64,000 bases of DNA from assembly GCA_022819825.1 (NCBI GenBank), contig JAJEGM010000044.1:41186-105185 (forward strand), given 5' to 3'. Shown here in pieces: positions 1-8,161 of the stretch. The translations under genes and the position numbers were made by a program. This DNA comes from Acidimicrobiia bacterium (GTDB lineage Bacteria > Actinomycetota > Acidimicrobiia > Acidimicrobiales > Bin134). Positions within the stretch are counted from its first letter, which is position 1. Every line of letters begins with the position of its first letter. Below the pieces are notes generated by a model that was not told where the DNA came from, made no database searches, and worked only from the letters and a program-made list of their open reading frames with translations.

Positions 1-105
1 GTGACACGATTGCGCTGGCGGTTCGGCGACTACGGCAAGACGAGATCGGAGCTGAACTGAGGGGTCGACTCACTGAAGACGAGATGGGTTGGCTCGAAGG
101 CAGGG

Positions 106-1209
106 TCAGGAATTCGGGAGTTGGGTGAAGGGGACTACTTGGGTTTCCGCGGTGGGAAGCGGGGCGGAGGAGCGGAACCAGCGGAGGCTTAGCGATCCGG
201 CGGGGTGGCCGGCGGTGTCCATCCAGTTGGGCAGGCCGGGGTCTTGGTGGGCCACCACCAGCCGCACGGAGCCGTCGTCGCGGCGCACGGCACGGTCGCC
301 GTTGATGACCGTGGTGCGGGTACGCCAGTCCACCGTCTCGCCCCAGTGGTTCAACAGCACCCACGCCCAGTAGTCGGCCCCGCCCGACGGGTCGAAGTCC
401 ACCAGCAGCGCTTCGTCGGGCGCCAGGCGCCATTCGCCGGATAGGTAGCGCACATTCTGCGGGGTGTGCATGTCGCCCTCATCCACCAGGGGCGGGAAAG
501 TGTTGATGGGCGTACCGCTCAGCTTCTCCAGCTTGTGATTGACCCACCAGCCGAATGATCCGGCGGTGTGCAGGGCGGCCAGCTCCAACCCCCGCTTGAG
601 CTGATCGGGGGTGAGCATGGGGGCTCCTCCGGCCGGTGGGATGGCCTCGATGGTGGGGCGGGGATGGGCCAGCCGCACCGCCAGGTCGGTGAAGTAGGTG
701 CGGATGAGCACCGAACTGGAGTCGGGATCGAGGCGGAGCTGGTTGGGGTTGTCGGGCTCGGGATCGGGGGTGAGCAGCAGCTCGTAGCTGCCGTCGGCAT
801 CCACCCGCAGCGTGGTGTCCTCCACCGCGTCCACCAGCCGGCGACCGCCGTCACTGCCGAAATTGCCGGCGTACACCCCGATCTCCACCGCCACTGCGCC
901 GGCCATGGTGGCGTTGATCCGATACGACCGGTCGCCTCTCACGGCAGCCGAGAAGTAGGTCTGGTCGGGGTTGTCGCCCATGAACTTGCGGATGGTGGTC
1001 TGCACATCCACGAACTCAGGGCGAGCCGGGTCGGCCCGCTCCAGGCACTGCTCCAGTCCGAAGGCCATGTACCGGCTCAGCGCCCGGATTCCCTCCGCCC
1101 GCACATCGGGATCATCGGGCGCCCCGGGCGCGAACACCATCTCCCCGGCGTCGGCAATCGACTGGCAATACGCCCGCCAAGCCGCAACTGAAGGGTCTTG
1201 CTCAGCCAT
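106..1209 (-). CDS. Conserved hypothetical protein, possibly DUF1214 family
   Basis: Uninterrupted 367-aa ORF. GAGGAG Shine-Dalgarno-like sequence (gaggagacaaaATG) precedes the start at 1209. Family name is a recollection-based guess only. Confidence 0.6.
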   Translation of the reverse strand: MAEQDPSVAAWRAYCQSIADAGEMVFAPGAPDDPDVRAEGIRALSRYMAFGLEQCLERADPARPEFVDVQTTIRKFMGDNPDQTYFSAAVRGDRSYRINATMAGAVAVEIGVYAGNFGSDGGRRLVDAVEDTTLRVDADGSYELLLTPDPEPDNPNQLRLDPDSSSVLIRTYFTDLAVRLAHPRPTIEAIPPAGGAPMLTPDQLKRGLELAALHTAGSFGWWVNHKLEKLSGTPINTFPPLVDEGDMHTPQNVRYLSGEWRLAPDEALLVDFDPSGGADYWAWVLLNHWGETVDWRTRTTVINGDRAVRRDDGSVRLVVAHQDPGLPNWMDTAGHPAGSLSLRWFRSSAPLPTAETQVVPFTQLPNS

Positions 1210-1260
1210 TTTGTCTCCTCACAATGACAAGCCAGATCTTGGCGGAAGGTGTGGTGAACA

Positions 1261-1296
1261 TCAGCCGGCCGGCGTCCGCCGGATCATGTTCGCCAT
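1261..1296 (-). other. Short leader ORF MANMIRRTPAG upstream of the DUF1214-like gene
   Basis: ATG at 1296 sits in a ~50-bp module that recurs at 3011 (real protein start) and 38651. A TATGTT hexamer lies 8 nt upstream. Stop at 1261 is 52 nt before the main ATG. Confidence 0.3.
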
Positions 1297-1333
1297 GGTC
1301 CTCAAACATAAGGCATTGGTTGAAGGTAAGTTA

Positions 1334-1361
1334 CATGAATTTTTCATGCTAGTGTCATGCT
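1334..1361 (+). promoter_or_regulatory. Candidate vapBC promoter/operator (palindrome CATGAA-TTT-TTCATG, direct repeat TCATGCTA x2, TAGTGT -10-like hexamer)
   Basis: AT-rich patch in GC-rich DNA. Perfect palindrome at 1334-1348. TCATGCTA at 1344-1351 and 1355-1362. TAGTGT (1350-1355) ends 6 nt before the vapB ATG at 1362, so there is no room for an SD. Confidence 0.35.
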
Positions 1362-1595
1362 ATGGCCAATCTTCAGGTTCGGAACATGCCTGATGTTCTT
1401 CACGAGCGGCTGCGCCAGCATGCCCTGGAGCGGAATTGCACCATGAGCGCGGCGGTGCTGGATGCGATCGAGAGGGAGCTTGCCCGGTGGGAGTGGAGCA
1501 AGCACCTTGACACTCGCCCGACCACAGACCTCGGGATTGAAGTTGCCTCCCTGATCGCCGAGGTGCGGGCATCTCGCGACGCAGAGCTTGAATGA
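1362..1595 (+). CDS. vapB: Type II antitoxin, ribbon-helix-helix (VapB/FitA-like)
   Basis: 77 aa. N-terminus MANLQVRNMPDVLHERLRQHA is typical of Arc/MetJ-type antitoxins. 4-nt ATGA overlap with the downstream PIN gene. Confidence 0.8.
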   Translation: MANLQVRNMPDVLHERLRQHALERNCTMSAAVLDAIERELARWEWSKHLDTRPTTDLGIEVASLIAEVRASRDAELE

Positions 1596-1993
1596 CCGGC
1601 TATGTGATCGACGCCTCAGTGGCAGTCGAGTACCTATTGCGAACCCCGTTAGGGATCACGCTTGCCGACACGGTCGAAAACGCATCACTGGCCGCCCCTG
1701 AGCTGCTCGACCCAGAAGTGATGTCGGTACTGCGCCGCGCCGTGCTTACCGGACGCCTAGATGAAGACAGGGCCGTGATGGCCCTGGGCGATCTCGCCAT
1801 CTGGCCAATCGACCGCATCTCGCATCGAACGCTCGCCTTGTCGGCCTGGGAGTACTACAGCAACGTCAGCGCCTATGACGCCTTCTACATCGCCGCCGCC
1901 CGCGCCACTGGGGTCCCACTGTTGACCGCCGACGGTCGACTGGCCAGGTCAACCGGCCTCGACATCACCGTCCACCACATTCAAATGAACTGA
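1592..1993 (+). CDS. vapC: PIN-domain ribonuclease toxin
   Basis: 133 aa. Conserved acidic residues in PIN positions (YVIDASV..., PELLDPEV, SAYDAFY, LLTADGRL). Coupled to vapB. Confidence 0.85.
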   Translation: MTGYVIDASVAVEYLLRTPLGITLADTVENASLAAPELLDPEVMSVLRRAVLTGRLDEDRAVMALGDLAIWPIDRISHRTLALSAWEYYSNVSAYDAFYIAAARATGVPLLTADGRLARSTGLDITVHHIQMN

Positions 1994-2027
1994 ACCCCCA
2001 AGAACTGTCCGCCGTGGAAAATGGCGT

Positions 2028-3011
2028 TCAAACCGCTCGGTGGAAGCGTCGTGATCCGCCTTGCACTAGGGGCATGGCGTCTTTGGCGTAGGCGGTCCAT
2101 TGCGGGTCGGAAATGGTTTTGGCCCGGAGGTCGCAGTAGGCGGCAAGGGAGTCGATCTGCCAGGTGGAGTGGACCTCGGCCTCTAGGTAGCCCTGATCGA
2201 CGGTGCGCCAGCGCTCTAGAAGGGTGGTGCCGTTCTCGGCCATGAACGGGTCATAGCAGCGTTCGAGCAGCTCCACGTAGGCGTCTGCGTCGGCCGCGGC
2301 AGTGCGAGCGGTGATGGTGTACAGCACGGGAGCGGTGTCCGGCGGCGTCTCGGGCGGCGACTGGTGCTCAGCGGGTGAGAGCTCGAACGGGCAGGTGAAG
2401 ATCTTCAGCGAACCCAGGCCGATGCCGAGGCTGGCGAAACCCTCGACACTGGAACAGGCCATGCCCTCGTCCGTGGCGAGGTGGCGCTTGAGCTGGGCCA
2501 TGTCGGTGAAGGCCTGCTCCCAGACATGGGTCCAAGCCCGACCCTTGGCCGACACCCACCCCACGTCGTCGGCGCCGAACACCGAGGCCGCCATTTCCTG
2601 GGGCTGCGCGGCGAGGGCCTCGATCGCCGACGCGTCGGACTCAGTGCTCGCGTTCAACAGCAGCACCCGGCGGATCCCGCCTCGTACCTTCTGGGTGGCG
2701 TCGGGCGTCGTGTAGCGCGTGGCGTAGGTGTTGTCAGTGATGCACTCGGGGCTGTCGGGCATGACGTAGTTGTCGATGGCCCCGATGTGGTACGGGTGCA
2801 CCATGTAGGGCCCGGAGTAGCTCGCCTCGTCGACAAAAGTGTTCTCCCACAGCACCGTGCGCGAGTCGAAATCAACGCCGGCCGAGGAGTCCAACAAACC
2901 CGGAATGAACCGATCAGCAGCGCCCAGCACGCCGATCATCTCCTGCACCGTCGCGTCGGGAACCCCGGGATTCACAGGAAGGATGTAAAACCGCCGGATC
3001 ATGCTCGCCAT
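2028..3011 (-). CDS. Multi-domain alpha+beta barrel protein (two Dabb/stress-responsive-like repeats plus an ABM/NIPSNAP-like C-terminus), function unknown
   Basis: Trimmed to ATG 3011 (MASMIRRFYILPVNPGVPDATVQEM...), because the track start would overlap pobA's stop at 3091. MIRR.../IRRVLLL... segments resemble Dabb domain starts. Last gene of the ligA-ligB-pobA strand. Confidence 0.5.
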   Translation of the reverse strand: MASMIRRFYILPVNPGVPDATVQEMIGVLGAADRFIPGLLDSSAGVDFDSRTVLWENTFVDEASYSGPYMVHPYHIGAIDNYVMPDSPECITDNTYATRYTTPDATQKVRGGIRRVLLLNASTESDASAIEALAAQPQEMAASVFGADDVGWVSAKGRAWTHVWEQAFTDMAQLKRHLATDEGMACSSVEGFASLGIGLGSLKIFTCPFELSPAEHQSPPETPPDTAPVLYTITARTAAADADAYVELLERCYDPFMAENGTTLLERWRTVDQGYLEAEVHSTWQIDSLAAYCDLRAKTISDPQWTAYAKDAMPLVQGGSRRFHRAV

Positions 3012-3090
3012 GGTCCTCGAAAGTACTTCATTGGTTGGATGCATTCGTTTCCCGCTGACCGCCCCGAGTTGCCTGCCTTGTCTCGGTGCT

Positions 3091-4275
3091 TTAGTCGGCG
3101 CCAAGGGTCTCGAACGGAAGACCGGTGTATTGCTCTGCTAGCGACTGCTGAGCTGCCGGGGAGCTGGAGATGTAGCGCAGCTCCTGTTCCTGAGTGCGCT
3201 GCTCGAAAGCCGTTTGGCCGGGGAACCGATGGAGCAGGTTCGTCATCCAGAAGCTAAACCGGACCGCGCTCCATACACGGCGCAATGCCACGTCGGAATA
3301 GCGGTTGATGCCGGACGTGTTCCCGGCATAGACGGCCATCAGCGCTTGCGACAGATAGTGAACGTCGGCCACCGCCAGATTGAGGCCCTTGGCCCCAGTA
3401 GGCGGCACGATGTGGGCGGCGTCGCCGGCGAGAAACAGGCGCCCGTGGCGTAGCGGCTCCGCTACATAGCTGCGAAGCGGCGCTATTGACTTCTCAATCG
3501 ATGGAGCTGGCGAGATGAGCGCGACCTGATCAGCAGGGAGGCGGGCCGTTAACTCCTCGTAGAAGCGGTCATCTGACCAGTCATCGACGGAATCGGTCAG
3601 CTCACACTGCACGTAGAAGCGTGCCAGCATCGGATTGCGGCTGGAGCAAAGGGCGAAGCCGCGATGATGGTTGGCGTACAGGAGGTACGGGACTGGAGGG
3701 GTCTCGGCGAGGATGCCCAGCCAGCCGAATGGGTATTCCTTGAGGTACTCGGTGCGGATCGACTTCGGTATGGTTTGGCGGCTGATGCCGTGGAAGCCGT
3801 CGCAGCCAACCACGTAGTCGCAGTCAATGCGTTCGTTGACCCCGTTGTGGCAGTAGGTAACCCATGGCGCTTCTGTCTCAATGTCGTGTATGGCTACGTC
3901 ATCCGCTTCAAAGACGATCTCGCTGCCGACCGCGTCACTCGCATCGTAGAGGTCCTTTTGGATGCGGGTTTGGCCATAACCCATCATTTGACGGCCCATT
4001 TGGAGGTTGGTGTCGACGGTTAGCAGTTCGGATCCGCGCCATGCGATGTTGATCGTGTCGTGGACATGTCCCTCGGCATCCATGTTGCGCCCAAGTCCGT
4101 TGGCCCGCAGAACTTCGACAGTGCCCCACTCGAGCACACCAGCGCGGATGCGGCCCAAAACGTAGTCGCGGGTTTGTCGTTCTAGGACGATCGCGTCGAT
4201 TCCAGCGTTGTGAAGAATGTGCAGCAGCAGCGATCCGGCCGGTCCCCCGCCAACAATGACCACTTGCCTCCTCAC
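3091..4275 (-). CDS. pobA: 4-hydroxybenzoate 3-monooxygenase
   Basis: 394 aa. VVIVGGGPAGS dinucleotide fold. RLFLAGDAAHIVPPTGAKGLNLA and WS..RFS.WMT..LHRFP blocks closely match remembered Pseudomonas PHBH. Start overlaps the ligB stop. Confidence 0.9.
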   Translation of the reverse strand: MRRQVVIVGGGPAGSLLLHILHNAGIDAIVLERQTRDYVLGRIRAGVLEWGTVEVLRANGLGRNMDAEGHVHDTINIAWRGSELLTVDTNLQMGRQMMGYGQTRIQKDLYDASDAVGSEIVFEADDVAIHDIETEAPWVTYCHNGVNERIDCDYVVGCDGFHGISRQTIPKSIRTEYLKEYPFGWLGILAETPPVPYLLYANHHRGFALCSSRNPMLARFYVQCELTDSVDDWSDDRFYEELTARLPADQVALISPAPSIEKSIAPLRSYVAEPLRHGRLFLAGDAAHIVPPTGAKGLNLAVADVHYLSQALMAVYAGNTSGINRYSDVALRRVWSAVRFSFWMTNLLHRFPGQTAFEQRTQEQELRYISSSPAAQQSLAEQYTGLPFETLGAD

Positions 4276-5141
4276 GCAGTAACCGTGCCGTTCTCAAGAA
4301 CCAGCTGTCCGACCGCGGTGTTGCTCGCGGGCACGTGATACAGGCGATGCACCTCCCCTGGACTACCTCCGCCGGCCAAGTCGGACATGGAGCCACGGGC
4401 GATCAGCCACATAACCAGCTCGATCCCCTCACTGCCTGCTTCACGCAAGTACTCGACCGGCGGCACTTCGGCGAGGACTTCGGGGTCGTTGATCATGTCG
4501 TCCATGAATCGATTGTCGAACTCCGCGTTGATCAATCCGGCCCGGGCACCCTGAAGTTGGTGACTCATACCGCCGGTCCCCCAGATCTGGACGATGATGT
4601 CGTCATCGAAGGTCTCGACGGCGGTTCGCAAAGCCTTGCCGAGCTCGAGGCATCGTCGCCCAGAGGGTGTCGGATGCTGTACCACGTTGACCGCAAGCGG
4701 CACCACCTTGCACGGCCACGCATCGGGCTTGTCAAACATCATGGTGAGCGGAACGGTGAGACCGTGGTCAACGGTCATCTCATTGACGAGGGTGAGGTCA
4801 AAACCGGCTGGGATAACACTTTGGGCGATATGTGCCGACAACGCCGGGTGCCCTTCGACTGTGGGTACCGGCCGTGGCCCCCAGCCCTCGTCGGCGGGTT
4901 CGTAGAACGGGGCCATGCCGAGCGCGAACGTCGGGATCATCTGGAGGGAAAACGCATTGCCATGGTCGTTGTACACCAGGATCACAACGTCGGGCGGATT
5001 GGCCGCTATCCAGTCGCGCGCCGGCTGCATGCCGTCGAATAGTGGCTTCCAATAGGGCTCCTCGGTCTTGCCCAAGTCAGAAGCGACACCAATGGCGGGG
5101 ACATGCGACATGAACAAGGCCGCAGCGATGCGGGCGCTCAC
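4272..5141 (-). CDS. ligB: Protocatechuate 4,5-dioxygenase beta subunit (class III extradiol)
   Basis: LigB-like sequence (FMSHVPAIG..., NDHG...). Start set to GTG 5141, which forms a GTGA overlap with the ligA stop. The track ATG at 5156 is also possible. Confidence 0.8.
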   Translation of the reverse strand: MSARIAAALFMSHVPAIGVASDLGKTEEPYWKPLFDGMQPARDWIAANPPDVVILVYNDHGNAFSLQMIPTFALGMAPFYEPADEGWGPRPVPTVEGHPALSAHIAQSVIPAGFDLTLVNEMTVDHGLTVPLTMMFDKPDAWPCKVVPLAVNVVQHPTPSGRRCLELGKALRTAVETFDDDIIVQIWGTGGMSHQLQGARAGLINAEFDNRFMDDMINDPEVLAEVPPVEYLREAGSEGIELVMWLIARGSMSDLAGGGSPGEVHRLYHVPASNTAVGQLVLENGTVTA

Positions 5142-5536
5142 GGGCGATCCTCCCACTCATGCAGATACCGGTTGCCATCAACCGACCGACCGCCGGCGAT
5201 CATCATCGCGGCATGCTGGTCGGCGTCGTTCTCGGTCATCGAGGACACAATCTGGACGTAACTGAGACCGTCGGTCGCACCGATTTTGGCCAGGAAGTAG
5301 ATGTTGCCACCAAGGGCGAGGAGACGGTTGAAATCGCGGTCGACAACTGCTTGCTTCTGCTCGTGGGTCATACCCCACTCGTCGAGGTAGGCATCCTCGT
5401 CGGCTTTGAACCGCTTGCGGTTGTCGGCGTTCATGAGCGACATTGCGAACTGGTTGAGGTGATACCCCAGACGAGCCTGGTCGGCATCAAAGACGATCGT
5501 GCCGGGAATGTCGAGGTAGGGCTTTTCGATAGCCAT
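5138..5536 (-). CDS. ligA: Protocatechuate 4,5-dioxygenase alpha subunit
   Basis: Trimmed to ATG 5536 (MAIEKPYLDIPGTIVFD..., 132 aa) with GAGGAG upstream. LigA-like size and sequence. Directly precedes ligB. Confidence 0.8.
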   Translation of the reverse strand: MAIEKPYLDIPGTIVFDADQARLGYHLNQFAMSLMNADNRKRFKADEDAYLDEWGMTHEQKQAVVDRDFNRLLALGGNIYFLAKIGATDGLSYVQIVSSMTENDADQHAAMMIAGGRSVDGNRYLHEWEDRP

Positions 5537-5601
5537 TGGATCTCCTCGGTGAGTTGTAGGCCCTGTTGTTGCGCGTGCGCAGTATGGCAAACTGTTTACA
5601 C

Positions 5602-5615
5602 GATTGTCGACAATC
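5602..5615. promoter_or_regulatory. Perfect 14-bp palindrome GATTGTCGACAATC in the ligA/ligJ divergent promoter; candidate GntR operator
   Basis: Reads identically on both strands. Fits the GntR-family (N)yGT(N)xAC(N)y pattern. A near-identical copy lies at 10814-10827 in the ligU/ligC divergent region. Confidence 0.5.
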
Positions 5616-5626
5616 CAGGGGGCCCG

Positions 5627-6628
5627 TTGGTCATAGATTGCCATGGCCATTACACCACTACACCGCCGTCGGTTGGCGAGTGGCGAAAGGCTCAAACTGC
5701 TGAAGTCGAGGCTGATCCGCTCCACGTGGGAGAGAAAGGGGTCATCAATGTCAGCGACGACCAAATCCGCGAGTCGCTCGAGGGCGCCCAGCTGAAGTTC
5801 CAGAGGGAGCGGGGCACCGATCTCACGATCTTCTCGCCGCGAGCCAGTTGGATGGGTCACCATTTGGGCAACGAATACACGTCACTATTCTGGACCGAAC
5901 ACCAGAACGAGTTGATTCGACGTTGCTGCGACCTTTTTCCCGAGAATTTCGCCCCAGTATGCCAACTGCCGCAATCACCCGGAGTGGCTATCGACTCGTC
6001 GGTGCATGAGCTGCGCCGCTGTGTCCAGGAGATGGGCTTCATCGGCTGCAACGTGAATCCCGATCCATCCGGTGGCCTCTGGAACGGGCCGCCGCTCTGG
6101 AACCGCTACTGGTGGCCCCTTTGGGAGGCCATGCAGGAACTCGACGTACCCGGAATGATCCATGTCTCCACATCGTGCAATGAGCACTTCTTAACCACCG
6201 GTTCCCATTATCTCGGCGCCGATACAACAGCATTCGTCCAAGCGCTCACGTCCGGGTTCATGAGTAGCTTCCCCGGACTGCGCTGGGTGATACCCCACGG
6301 CGGAGGCGCTGTCCCGTACCACTGGGGTCGCTTCAAAGGCCTTGCCCAAGACAAAGGCTGGGACTTCGACGGGCTCATGGATCACATCTGGTTCGATACC
6401 TGCGTGTACCACCAGCCTGGAATCGATCTGCTCGTCGACGTCGTTCCGATGGAAAACGTCCTATTCGCATCGGAGATGGTCGGTGCCGTGCGCGGCATCG
6501 ATCCTGACACCGGGAATTACTTCGATGACACAAAGGTCTATATCGACGCTGCGAACATCACCGATGCCGATCGGGCGGCGATCTACGAATCAAATATTCG
6601 CCGCGTCTACCCCCGTCTCGGAGCCTGA
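5627..6628 (+). CDS. ligJ: 4-oxalomesaconate hydratase (amidohydrolase_2 family)
   Basis: Trimmed to TTG 5627 (LVIDCHGHY...) after an AGGGGG SD. Long blocks match remembered Sphingobium LigJ (IFSPRAS, FIGCN.NPDP, IPHGGGAVPYHWGRF, FDTCVYHQPGI, SEMVGAVRGIDP.TG.YFDDTK). Confidence 0.85.
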   Translation: MVIDCHGHYTTTPPSVGEWRKAQTAEVEADPLHVGEKGVINVSDDQIRESLEGAQLKFQRERGTDLTIFSPRASWMGHHLGNEYTSLFWTEHQNELIRRCCDLFPENFAPVCQLPQSPGVAIDSSVHELRRCVQEMGFIGCNVNPDPSGGLWNGPPLWNRYWWPLWEAMQELDVPGMIHVSTSCNEHFLTTGSHYLGADTTAFVQALTSGFMSSFPGLRWVIPHGGGAVPYHWGRFKGLAQDKGWDFDGLMDHIWFDTCVYHQPGIDLLVDVVPMENVLFASEMVGAVRGIDPDTGNYFDDTKVYIDAANITDADRAAIYESNIRRVYPRLGA

Positions 6629-6629
6629 A

Positions 6630-7334
6630 ATGACCAATATCCATGGACCACGCCACGTCGTCGTCACTTCAATCGAGCGAGCGCCGCTCGACACCGTTGA
6701 CTCCCTTGCCTCGATGGGCACGGCCACTGTGCACGAGGCCATCGGCCGTCGTGGTTATTTCGGCGCCGAGATCACGCCGATACAGACTGGTGCCCGCGTC
6801 GCCGGCACCGCAGTCACCGTCCTCTGTCATCCAGGCGACAACGGAATGATCCACGCTGCCGTCGAACAGTGCGGCTCTGGCGACATCCTGGTTGTCACCA
6901 CCACCGCACCGTCGACCCACGGCGGATTCGGGGATCTACTCGGCACGTCGGTAATGGCCCGGGGCGTGCGGGCCCTTGTCACGGACGCAGGTGTTCGCGA
7001 CACCGCTGAACTGCGAGAAATGGGCTTCCCCGTTTGGAGTCGCCATGTCTCTTGCCAAGGCACGGTAAAGAACACCGCCGGTTCGGTCAACGTACCGATT
7101 CGCATCGGCGAGCAGATCGTCCATCCCGGCGATGTGATATGCGCCGACGATGATGGAGTTGTGGTCGTAGCTCGCGGAGAAGCGGCCTGGGCGCTTGAGC
7201 AATCGAATGCGCGGCTTGCCAAGGAGGCAGGCACTCGAGCAAGGCTCGAAGCTGGCGAGCTTGGACTCGACTTCTACGGGCTGCGCGCCGAGCTCGCCGC
7301 TATGGGCGTCGAGTGGGTCGAGTCACTCGATTGA
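6630..7334 (+). CDS. ligK: 4-carboxy-4-hydroxy-2-oxoadipate aldolase / oxaloacetate decarboxylase (RraA-like fold)
   Basis: Trimmed to ATG 6630 (MTNIHGPRH..., 234 aa), 2 nt after the ligJ stop. RraA/LigK-like sequence (GDILVV..., GGFGDLL, DAGVRD). Confidence 0.75.
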   Translation: MTNIHGPRHVVVTSIERAPLDTVDSLASMGTATVHEAIGRRGYFGAEITPIQTGARVAGTAVTVLCHPGDNGMIHAAVEQCGSGDILVVTTTAPSTHGGFGDLLGTSVMARGVRALVTDAGVRDTAELREMGFPVWSRHVSCQGTVKNTAGSVNVPIRIGEQIVHPGDVICADDDGVVVVARGEAAWALEQSNARLAKEAGTRARLEAGELGLDFYGLRAELAAMGVEWVESLD

Positions 7335-8122
7335 TGCGCATCGCAGTCTTCGGCCTAGGCGAAGCGGGATCGGAGATCAGCCGAGACCTCGCCGCCGCCA
7401 GGGCCGAGGTCATCGGATTTGATCCGGCTGACGTTGACACGCCAACCGGTGTCATGCGTGTGACGGATCCTGCGTCTGCGGTGGTCGACGCCGAGTTCGT
7501 ACTCGCCATCACGGCGGGCGCTGATGCTTTGGACGCGCTGACCCAAGCCCTCCACACGATTCCCACGGGTGCCGTCTATGCCGACTTGTCGACATCGTCA
7601 CCGGCAAAGAAACGAGAGCTCGCAACTATGGCGGCAGGCGCAAGCCTCCGGTTCACCGACATCGCACTTATGACCACCGTTCCGGATCGTGGCCTGCGCA
7701 CGCCGATGCTCGCCTCCGGCCCCGCCGCCGCCGAGTTCCTCGCTGCCGTCACCCCTCTCGGTGCCACGGTCGAGGTCGTAGGCACCGAACCGGGTGAGGC
7801 CGCCACCCGAAAGCTGCTGCGCAGCGTCGTGATCAAAGGCGTTGCCGCCGTTTTGATCGAGTCCTTGAGGGGCGCCCGAAAGGCCGATCTCGCCGTCGAG
7901 ACCTGGCAGAGCGTGATGGGACAGCTGGCCGATGCCGACGAGCAGTTTATCCGCCGTCTCGTAGAAGGAACTGGCCTCCACGCCAAGCGACGTCTCGATG
8001 AGATGGCGGCCGCCGTCGACCTCCTCGACGAACTCGTTGTGGCATCCACTATGACTCAAGCCACGATGCAAATTCTCGAATCGGTTCTTGCCGAAGGTCT
8101 GCCAGATCTCCCCGACATCTGA
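7334..8122 (+). CDS. NAD(P)-binding oxidoreductase-like protein (6PGDH-type N-terminal fold, DUF1932-like C-terminus)
   Basis: Start MRIAVFGLGEAGSEI (GxGxxG) overlaps the ligK stop (TGATG). No assigned step in the classical 4,5-cleavage pathway. Confidence 0.55.
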   Translation: MRIAVFGLGEAGSEISRDLAAARAEVIGFDPADVDTPTGVMRVTDPASAVVDAEFVLAITAGADALDALTQALHTIPTGAVYADLSTSSPAKKRELATMAAGASLRFTDIALMTTVPDRGLRTPMLASGPAAAEFLAAVTPLGATVEVVGTEPGEAATRKLLRSVVIKGVAAVLIESLRGARKADLAVETWQSVMGQLADADEQFIRRLVEGTGLHAKRRLDEMAAAVDLLDELVVASTMTQATMQILESVLAEGLPDLPDI

Positions 8123-8161
8123 TCCCCGTCAAATTGAGCCCCGTACCAGGACGTCAAGCCT

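Larger units (their letters stand above)
103..1312 (-). repeat. Left copy of a direct repeat (intact DUF1214-like gene plus upstream leader); partner at 38158..38668
   Basis: By-eye alignment: 103-390 matches 38158-38440 and ~1045-1312 matches ~38440-38668, same orientation, roughly 9 of 10 bases identical. Similarity begins at the stop codons (106-108 / 38161-38163). Confidence 0.8.

Noticed and set aside
1-60. Frame +1 reads ...VTRLRWRFGDYGKTRSELN* and ends at 60; possible 3' end of an upstream gene
   Set aside because: Only 19 codons with no recognisable motif. This is insufficient evidence to call a feature.
1987-2007. Shared 13-mer GAACTGAACCCCC (with nearby AAGAACTG) immediately after the vapC stop (1987-2007) and immediately after the putative endonuclease stop (55566-55580); considered as possible att-like ends of mobile modules
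   Set aside because: A single exact 13-mer match is expected by chance many times among all position pairs in 64 kb, especially in biased-composition DNA. Part of the first copy is vapC coding sequence, and no matching partner sites flank the other ends of either module.
5159-5626. N-terminal extensions implied by the longest-ORF track entries (e.g. 5159 for ligJ, 5863 for ligA, 6342 for ligK, 8950 for gntR, 10741 for ligC, 25439, 26614, 27533, 31944, 36299, 43461, 47189, 56043, 58911, 60612)
   Set aside because: The extensions overlap neighbouring genes and have shadow-ORF composition. They also lie upstream of starts that match homologue N-termini, have SD-like sequences or show stop/start coupling. 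Internal starts were used instead.
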